A stretch of DNA of 64,000 nt from Candidatus Omnitrophota bacterium (GTDB taxonomy: Bacteria > Omnitrophota > Gorgyraeia > Tantalellales > Tantalellaceae), in NCBI GenBank assembly GCA_015231405.1, contig JADGBR010000009.1, positions 25,423-89,422 on the forward strand, in the 5' to 3' direction. Shown here piece by piece: positions 61,901 through 64,000 of this stretch (position 1 is its first letter; every line of letters begins with the position of its first letter). The notes below the pieces were generated by a model, which saw nothing but the letters and a program-made list of their open reading frames with translations, searched no databases and was not told the DNA's origin. Both the position numbers and the translations under genes were made by a program.

Positions 61901-63980
61901 ACACAAGCTTAGCGATAAATTCGTCCGTATTGACCGACCCGGGCTCGACACCCGCGAGAGTCGATATGACCTCTTTTACGAGAGTCACCGCCTTCAATGT
62001 CCTCATGATCTCCGGGCTTACTAGAGGATCTCGTACATTCCTTTCCTTCATCAGCGTATATACCGCCGTTAATAGCTCCTTATTATCGTGCGCCCCGAGT
62101 TTGTTATCCGGGTCTATCCCGTCGAGGAACTCCGTCAGCCTCTTACCCATGGCCCCTTCGGGAAAAACCTCGTATATTGTGCTTCTATCCGAGCCGAATT
62201 TAAGTAGGGACCTCTGATCCGGGACCTTCCCTGCGCTGACCCTCATAGCACCGTTGATCACATCAACACCGCCCAGCGAGTTATCGCTGAAAACGGTCTG
62301 CTCCGGATCCTCAACGATCCTTTGCAGCATCATCCCCCGGATGAATACGTCCCCTTCGAACGATTCCGAACTTCCGCGTCCTATGGATATCCTCATTCCA
62401 AGTTCCGCTATCCTCGTGGGGTCGACTTTTTTCTGAAAACCCGGCCGTACCCTTACAGTTATCCAGCCTTCGGTATTGTTCTCTCGGTTGCCCCTGGTGA
62501 TATTTATCGTGAACCCCGTGCTTTCCTCCCCGTTTCCCGTCTTTATGTTCACCCAGTTGCCCTCATGCCTGCCGACATCCCCGGACCATCCCTTGTTCGC
62601 GCAGGACGCCTCGACACCGTTCGCGATTATCCTGTTCTCACCCAGGAACGCCGATCTGCCCTCTTCCCCGTCGAACTTCACCTGGTAAACGAATTCCCAG
62701 TTCCTCAGGTCCACCGTGCCGTCCTGGCCGACCTTAAGTTCATCCTCTTTTACGCCTTCTAAAAGCTCTTCAACCGGCATATATATTGAAGCGCATCTGC
62801 CTTCATCGTTCCCCCCCAGCTGTCTGCCCCGGATACTGATATGATATTTGAGAACGCCTTTCTGTGTGGCTGCGTCCCATCCAAGTACAGGCACCATGTT
62901 GGTCAAATTCCTTCCTGTCGCCCTGCTGAATCCGGGTAAAGCCGTATGACGCTCGTAAACTACGGAATTAAAGTAGGGTATGGGCGTTTTTATCCCGTTC
63001 CAGGCCACAAGACTGGCCAGCTCACTGTTTATCTGGTAGTACTTGTCGTCGGCGATCTCTCTGCTTATCTTCCCGTCCCTGACCGACTGGTCAAGTATGC
63101 GTCCGATGGCTATCAGTTTGGCCGTTATTATGTACGGGGCGGCCTGTTTCATTTTCTTCCATTGTTCCTGTATGTATTTCTCGCTCGCGCCCTCGTACAT
63201 CGCCCTGAATCCCTCGACCGGTTCCTTACTTCCTAGCATATTTATATCGTCGGTCACCCATCCCTTTAGATAATCCACATCCCAGTTGTTCTTGAGCTGA
63301 TCGATGAGATAATCCAGTATCTCGGAATAGGAATGTCCTTCCGCGAACTGGGCAAGACCCAAGAGCGATAAAGGCGGCCTTAACAGATACTCGATCTTAA
63401 TGGTCTTCGCCCCCTCGATCATTTCCTCGCTCAATACCTTGTATATCTCTATGACTTCGGGCTGGCTTACCTCAAGGTCTCTGGCGCCGTTCCTCTCTAT
63501 CTCATTAACGGTACCCCTGATCTTCATCCGCACATTGGGGTCTTTGGCCGAAACCCCGTAGAAGTATTTGAACACCCCGGGCTGTGAATCCACTGGAACA
63601 GTGAAAACATAATCTTCCCCGGCCTCTGCCGTCTCACCTTCCGGGCCCATCTGACCCGCTTGTCCGGACTCTCCTTTGGCACCTTGGGCTCCTTCTTTTC
63701 CCTCTTCCGCTTTAGTGACCTTAGCCTGGCCGCGATCCCGGGACGGCACAACGATCTTTTTTACGCGGAAGAAAAGTACCGGTTTCTCGCCGCTATTATC
63801 GATACGTCCGTTGCCAAGAAATTTCACGTCTTTGACCTCGCGCTCCGCTCTTGACGCCATACGCTCGTCGACCACATCGACGCGAAAGATCTTACCGGTA
63901 TCCCTGGACAGGGGGTCCCGTATCCTCACATATGCGAATGACGGGGCCCTCAGATCATCGTACCCTATATCGGCCAGCAC
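46971..63980 (-). CDS. Giant multidomain polytopic membrane protein (gene C). At least 5669 codons lie in the window and the 5' end lies beyond the window end. Domains are tandem repeats, transmembrane-rich modules, two guanylate-kinase domains, a HIT-like region, a SAM methyltransferase, a ROK-like sugar kinase domain and the shared C-terminal domain
   Basis: ORF from the track, open to the window edge. TAA at 46971-46973. Multiple hydrophobic helices at residues 806-822, 925-970, 1262-1330, 1785-1845, 1985-2170, 2345-2400, 2480-2510, 2560-2582, 2860-2940 and 4430-4490. Confidence 0.9.
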   Translation of the reverse strand: MLADIGYDDLRAPSFAYVRIRDPLSRDTGKIFRVDVVDERMASRAEREVKDVKFLGNGRIDNSGEKPVLFFRVKKIVVPSRDRGQAKVTKAEEGKEGAQGAKGESGQAGQMGPEGETAEAGEDYVFTVPVDSQPGVFKYFYGVSAKDPNVRMKIRGTVNEIERNGARDLEVSQPEVIEIYKVLSEEMIEGAKTIKIEYLLRPPLSLLGLAQFAEGHSYSEILDYLIDQLKNNWDVDYLKGWVTDDINMLGSKEPVEGFRAMYEGASEKYIQEQWKKMKQAAPYIITAKLIAIGRILDQSVRDGKISREIADDKYYQINSELASLVAWNGIKTPIPYFNSVVYERHTALPGFSRATGRNLTNMVPVLGWDAATQKGVLKYHISIRGRQLGGNDEGRCASIYMPVEELLEGVKEDELKVGQDGTVDLRNWEFVYQVKFDGEEGRSAFLGENRIIANGVEASCANKGWSGDVGRHEGNWVNIKTGNGEESTGFTINITRGNRENNTEGWITVRVRPGFQKKVDPTRIAELGMRISIGRGSSESFEGDVFIRGMMLQRIVEDPEQTVFSDNSLGGVDVINGAMRVSAGKVPDQRSLLKFGSDRSTIYEVFPEGAMGKRLTEFLDGIDPDNKLGAHDNKELLTAVYTLMKERNVRDPLVSPEIMRTLKAVTLVKEVISTLAGVEPGSVNTDEFIAKLVSWADQTVNSKYGDISDEVKAISDNPKIKAAIEVLMGKYALEGVTEESIDKIYSVIYEQAVSVARGDTVFATKAKSVRRDQAVDQVVTMVNLHKPGTLTYMADDVDEWKTFIMDISMYGLALALLLFGANILRKNVGTLRKWRAKPYTEPVLPLGGSGEAKPVGPTKGPSAPAAAPGPGVEKTARNKGVGEVIKLIDKYVGRRAKKATDMGNMAKPIEILWEAQRSIRPSTAFGITVIGMASLGIWLAGFTGIMVFPNNNLWISGIVIIAISLIWPERKEIRTISVNNKQWKAIERQWFPMLRWFVKELLASPVSKRAKYARAQAEAMKLVNDNLNEVETGLRQLIAARGEDDPETALMRKLVAENIKGIPMRVPLPDVNSLTLDLQAYQDIFDTIRIARIETTALMNDALRVLDSKGRERLRWRVWVVDEMRYKRMLVQDLEGLGWRKIKFNQDDNNINAGTSGGFVLPGFGDEGIVQGSGAYAERLETKPNGALKVVSSRTKKESKELFAHTVPYELWETTVLIENLKGYTDPLAAKKNRAHIAARESKEHGRLGSMAALQTVLKRHARTMLVLVGILVAVSHAIYFFGLPALPEVLSLGSLEIGIDKSATWVNMGIKMFIVTGGTAFMICTMFLKPWLKSNGFFWKETRTFVTDDEYKVAESIAGEDQQSAEEAQTGAVGRTMRNYHYVYINGYDQIELLRSMFNAVPTPPQFAGNPTWADKNSGFDAALLKRIIERLRGTEAHPARLRPEALDFIAATGILNDAAGQPDLSGFAADRGVIDNREILEALHAELGHEGVVGYARILATDLDVMRPCMPGPTAGSCAERSIAHGVTNGEYPADRFNVSLATIIPLTLGGMNIVPAGEAAARAVGMDPMRVMTHPEPVPIPNQPGQQNQPLSKPSGTNMAYSEIDVDFIEGRRALPEIWEILDEDNEPQKFHYWTVTTGYERVKSVVACLTREMLDETEEGEVVAHPENILPSNLIRRNKALYDEAIRWNIDLYAGMKISKEYDKYSKMAEKARPGDPVGDMMVKIFDRETGVYKSKEEYIFEEMREREGPSVMQGIPIQMPYGLNKSFFLDYNGWGPVKFGLVAPRTPIAIIATILGIVLGLIGSTLTISAFSLSVIVLANAVFLPIIGYYGAFIFSSSLVRVARERGWDFIMRMAQTHTVFHLDGLSNWFESRSMLGYENDGTRTARGKVEDILEAARVDVHENLATAEKGRMLIMMAELSGLKPLGMHPRDDTTEDKALGMRVTQRGKRVYYYTDMGSSVLEQAGPMGFAWHGQRSRWIMIVSSAAILGASFSLTIPIFTYGFAGIVGGILGLRTGIAVGLTGTLLGAIAGLLLGYAASRGFTLLLCRLGFIEQPEQVENRIKQIGWGNFFINILLDSGFTSTIFTALSFAVTFFYFLAFVGAEILGKVAVFSGMPLSSMLARDSSGLSGLVHVFSETMKTWLPWDIWFIASASVGVTIMMTFYFYQVYHNVTALFKNKLGGTEKISKGISDFYSDRLEEFRNDLAKVESGATGGFQQDDVTNWVTKDLKYLEDAALEITAINLRGDITPAEKKRSSRQVITMLRKWLLHGDRDFDKQKRDGGRSTFFADLLSDYYSSPALNVNGAVQRGRALIAESIRTRIGTLEAEMNKFSRGQFRPGLLTFVLGAVLVLNAVFMVQTYMFLTLMVPGVMLIGTVILFQLFKWYLPVGRMPYFYIYYISKAFYMPLYFVNLNAAARLVWYQIRNRLDNVWPYTEKVLPVGLDRLPQRIYAQQQLRPDKELWHFYSEKWDKFYLYMRHSGFRQLWTYGFAFFTILYLCFLMPAYYAKKYFGLSAVKAAPVADAFRTLITGQDMSAVQAASGGSSGLLAQIAQNHLPLVILGGAVLFALVLVLVNKRFSGERTRRHSKIQGDPDCPVVITVSGPSGVGKGTVIDGHPGRGIKGIFERYPNAQRVVSYTTRTVRPTEQDGREHRFIDRAEFEKMRDEGKFLQWIDFGGNFYGVTRDSIDEILAEGKDALIDLDAAGAAAVRNTYSDRIVDLFISPIATDRLEEGDTAGTLSKESENAVRAVLIYRILTRTFPDNQDIPEPEVIEKALNETGALPEAIRPLVDDNIGARLDSVINETKKFGEFSIVMSNVFWDQAAIIDRLISEIKAKKAELKERDMNRAAWRTRIIRRLIGLLAGLGVYFAAGVARGGGRREVISQIAELSMKKTSGEILSGSVIPFFGSGLLTGILLVIVVLVVYKFIRVAFPLKKVPAKPEPKEITIAPELERALATPTEEQIKSNPIILVFSGPSGVGKRRMLNRFAETHPNAVRVVSYTTRAPREGEVEGRDHKFISEAEFEKMADTNKFFHTVKFGDMRYGIVKDEIDSAISSGKDVIVDIDVEGAKVVRETYPGNIVDVYVSPIAIDRLTRRMPDTGRIEPAALEEATRVLKERLVREEYGGAEPGEAVIAANRGIQERMSRGVRELRRWKDFHYLVANINGNEDAAVNEVSEYYRREKITRSLKEFNFGVDSRGPPDNALADFVSMRVKQVYDSGVMPYPYDPETIQLDMGNGAKTSITYIPGRGQYKPARPTEMTEEMFRDHQEFTFTQKGARRCWACQLKKFSDYALFKSSFSEDGVPTPRKYVSWINMNVTFRDHILLATEEASPQTLNRDKLVDSLTFADNLGPEFEGFFNTRPHGSVGHFHAHYYRKSSSIWEGLDAEDGAAGKIRKKNIREIGDVEVSELDNWNAGVLLTGWSKTQIAGILSYWIDELNESVKPYIISFRVKGDGKYEVFFKPVTDNSTMTVLGVKQSGAVSYHYGNGICSSPRMWEKIQSDPKGAARDIKRWIKKTTNRSFRPERPEPDMTLKGREMELAAVGEDKAGIQDAVQARPFEMLSRLAGDPIERFFRRLFGREKGASNVVLEFGCGSGEQSNWLVSKGVNCIGVDISVRYLAKASEMAKIYGLRSLATGVENITKQWIDQAKAIASKTKKPFVVYSLIKEDGRIPLEDNSVDGVTIHRVYSTLLDDNMKRKVLSEIYRVLKPGGYFSGLDFLKIAPELSEKDENVKLRNLAISRRYAVHAEVLRRMNERGTLPEYLNADTVMRNFVASADLSRNEDALIILQKRNYSRQDWEFSKTKAAVPDVIRDMTYDEFFTEKSYTADQFMEALDAGIVSIQTVVQHVSGPRFQEFVEDSGMEVLGVKSFRYLHEGGKGWSAATSLFAEKPKTPRSRSVSGVFRFAEKDLDLISGRFEGLGTYPETISAILEELGKGLKDEEDHWFYSRIIRLTGAPDLRQNRDGKKTYYGRVPFVKEDGKRGKLINAATPVFDFDKDDTLDKGETSLSDDSARRLAAMIALGRKVGINTAKALEELRTVKNSLTGETGLELYTPLRDAMIANVSTENWDASIEDVADDILTDLFDLFLDTSATKLVPKRGARSQYELDIEPSFQAGFSSDVSAKIMDLLTYHGAHEPYMELNHALARQREILTAKGFGGYANLPEMNIYAMDLPEGHPLRAKCGPRVITKLLYRPFGYKPKPEKKTPEYEAVLEARKEVEKVLVKLFEGMHERNELGDISIIPVVAGKNAIDLNMVQVLGRTPYPVAMRHEPFAPLEIGTYQRIQKDRAIEHQAREGYVDITYHDNEALAGNGLAVTQRLMQNPIPGIDLKVVAADLNKPEELAKATIVAERYIGGGMHGKAAYREAEVLYADLARGGMAPDKIEGLYYLGGEFDEIGSYLDRAIENMSDGRKGPASAVHPFRALGAFVHAAAGITAYILLILGAIAAKDDTLVNIALWGGIPVFVLPALFHAYAAIIVFAKMWEHDREFSGGKVRWMTHLKDAMVTPIMTSKLKLTHEQINDLVGNSKDRAEKVNMLRTAASGRAYLGQPAEVGTTSLLSDDQIFALVDMTNTHNSLARSILAHEMAPSFMGMGLLTHIKAMYTMIWDYVKALHLSIELSSEANMRQFFSDRLRTYDQRYGKGFKPVTYWHSVMREARGRYREYMKDVEIVFDMGKDGSQRFVVPLPVNSNEMPEIRELLVRYLTIVLRNRMEAIGPQYVYLKYDDSVADMVKEARDAMYTDDFFPTIDAINNTYRVVRRKAMGINSEEELQIFISEEYKRLEREYLSGDRASKGELTKDESDNLKAQAEINLGGYEFQFIRAVTREELSRMDSIKAKGIKVRRENMQEARDLNLKGLKNIAPGDFMAGVDVGGSDVKLLLYKGKDIIFYKKYNWAPENFTKGSTEHVDTMRDLIYIMELKAILSQRTQPDQELDVLEKEIDSVSYRSDVSSAENEAASEASIVKIRSIIERAGENEYIKSRLYSASGEKQKILAGVGISWPDIIVDNLIVGGDTAKTKGLTKEEFNEIVTPMADTLKISLGGVPVVIKNDGDVGAFWASVELNRGNVLALALGTSLAGGYVPHSGVLGNLRTYASRMIIDMRKDNEVSYEKFPGTPTGIAALYLSQKNIMILAKEKGLDLGPVKSAGRAQQLKYVQKILNENLPGADIVREIYDEMGLYMASFLAEISDYYDHRDLIRTVVVTGRCFESPEGNRIMLGNGRDKGRIHRVLNDSYPEIADLEIMLAEELAGNDPSVNAFAQAMGAAYLANQEVTRLRNAEQAQGLAGTSVESMVIGVETDSTQAELDKYMASTGLGSVKVLALPKGNEKEENMGILDTYRRQHNLLWAGMADQQEIGGRRKLRQAIGALVRQIEINETRLFLKKRAEDIKALTIMTPETVEEIARAKGVWKEILGEIKLPVMMAEINDLSMYNFNLCDIADKTLTKLDTGTMNYIDDVNKQPGIVEMTVGSLGEARIQAESFRLRNPKKLKLVLTVAMEDSGLSPVDAAALDADIAKLNSDKDAILKKMGIDSILRKDDLTIIKRSEHDQAVENKMIERVQQYGKGNVAVVDMISKTRRERRMPEGAIYMEYNDIATSEVLDATLKLLSVKGDKAKVTIKGLTMNAFGHFIFVRKIEAINIEELKNEFKRYQEILTRA
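46974..47723 (-). other. Domain in C: shared C-terminal domain
   Basis: IKLPVMMAEINDLSMYNFNLCDIADK ... NEFKRYQEILTRA. Confidence 0.6.
48231..49373 (-). other. Domain in C: ROK/glucokinase-like ASKHA sugar kinase domain
   Basis: PGDFMAGVDVGGSDVKLLLY (4874-4893) is the phosphate-1 loop, cf. GIDIGGTKI. VLALALGTSLAGGYVPHSG (5079-5097) is the phosphate-2/adenosine loop, cf. LTLGTGIGGGIV. The ROK CxCGxxGCxE zinc motif is absent. Confidence 0.45.
52701..53303 (-). other. Domain in C: class I SAM-dependent methyltransferase fold
   Basis: Motif I is NVVLEFGCGSGEQSNWL (3594-3610), followed by an acidic motif II loop. Motif post-III is VLSEIYRVLKPGGYFSGLD (3708-3726). Confidence 0.6.
53781..54383 (-). 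other. Region in C: HIT-like (histidine-triad) nucleotide hydrolase/transferase-like motif region
   Basis: RPHGSVGHFHAHYY (3370-3382) fits the H-phi-H-phi-H-phi-phi triad. The assignment is tentative. Confidence 0.3.
54561..55073 (-). other. Domain in C: guanylate kinase-like domain 2, preceded by a transmembrane helix
   Basis: GSGLLTGILLVIVVLVVYKF (transmembrane), then PIILVFSGPSGVGKRRML ... RVVSYTTRAPREGEVEGRDHKFISEAEFEKMADTNKFFHTVKFGDMRYGIVKDEIDSAISSGKDVIVDIDVEG. Confidence 0.7.
55641..56183 (-). other. Domain in C: guanylate kinase-like domain 1, preceded by a transmembrane helix
   Basis: HLPLVILGGAVLFALVLVLV (transmembrane), then VITVSGPSGVGKGTV ... RVVSYTTRTVRPTEQDGREHRFIDRAEFEKMRDEGKFLQWIDFGGNFYGVTRDSIDEILAEGKDALIDLD. 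These are the Gmk P-loop and TTR...E.G..Y.F signatures. Confidence 0.7.
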
Positions 63981-64000
63981 CGTGAAATTGTCCTCGCCAA

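Noticed and set aside
26319-63854. Plus-strand ORFs within genes A, B and C (for example 27142..28074, 35341..36195, 41850..42557, 60382..61236).
   Set aside because: They are antisense shadows of the giant minus-strand CDSs. The pairs 2351..2572 / 57877..58107 and 5012..5926 / 60382..61236 are similar to each other only because the sense strands are paralogous.
1-64000. Whether A, B, C and D are fragments of one frameshifted mega-gene.
   Set aside because: Each boundary has a genuine in-frame stop followed by a ribosome-binding site and ATG. Each downstream protein restarts with the same signal-anchor and N-terminal domain, and each upstream protein ends with the same C-terminal domain. This pattern indicates paralogous complete genes.
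1-64000. CRISPR arrays, tRNA or rRNA genes, group II introns, diversity-generating retroelement components.
   Set aside because: No short regularly spaced direct repeats, no cloverleaf-like or rRNA-like conserved stretches, and no reverse-transcriptase motifs were seen on either strand.

Overview
The window is almost entirely taken up by four co-directional giant genes on the minus strand. Gene C (46971..63980) has at least 5669 codons and its 5' end lies beyond the window. Gene B (34698..46808) is 4036 aa. Gene A (26151..34625) is 2824 aa. Gene D (23538..<1) has at least 7846 codons and runs off the window start without a stop. The intergenic gaps are short (C-B 162 bp, B-A 72 bp). Between A and D sits a 2.4 kb island with a frameshifted IS66-family transposase, 25-28 bp inverted repeats and two inverted copies of a nested-palindrome element. 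A, B and D each begin with a signal-anchor helix followed by a homologous ~450-aa domain with His motifs (IQDAH ... GG(Y/F)HxxG). This resembles the TIKI/TraB/GumN family only tentatively. All four genes carry a homologous C-terminal domain with the motif LPV(I/M)(M/V)P.I(N/R)DL(G/S)(L/M)YN(M/F)N; C's N-terminus lies outside the window. Between these conserved ends the cargo differs completely. A carries a PTS Enzyme-I-like phosphoHis domain, a PEP-utilizing TIM barrel and an HPr-like domain. B carries a phosphohexomutase, a pyrophosphorylase-like region and left-handed beta-helix repeats. C carries two transmembrane-anchored guanylate-kinase domains, a HIT-like motif region, a SAM methyltransferase, a ROK-like sugar kinase domain and many transmembrane helices. 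D carries a near-complete SecA-like ATPase core followed by a polytopic membrane block, a ~1000-aa coiled-coil region, a GH5-like glycoside hydrolase domain and tandem ~160-aa repeats. D also ends with a ~2700-aa polytopic module that is paralogous to the N-terminal ~2580 aa of C. The locus resembles the tandem giant-gene clusters reported from uncultivated predatory or symbiotic lineages such as Omnitrophota. That link is an inference; no search was run. No rRNA, tRNA or CRISPR array was seen. The plus-strand ORFs in the supplied track are antisense shadows of the giant genes. All D translations were done by hand from the minus strand and spot-checked at more than 15 sites.
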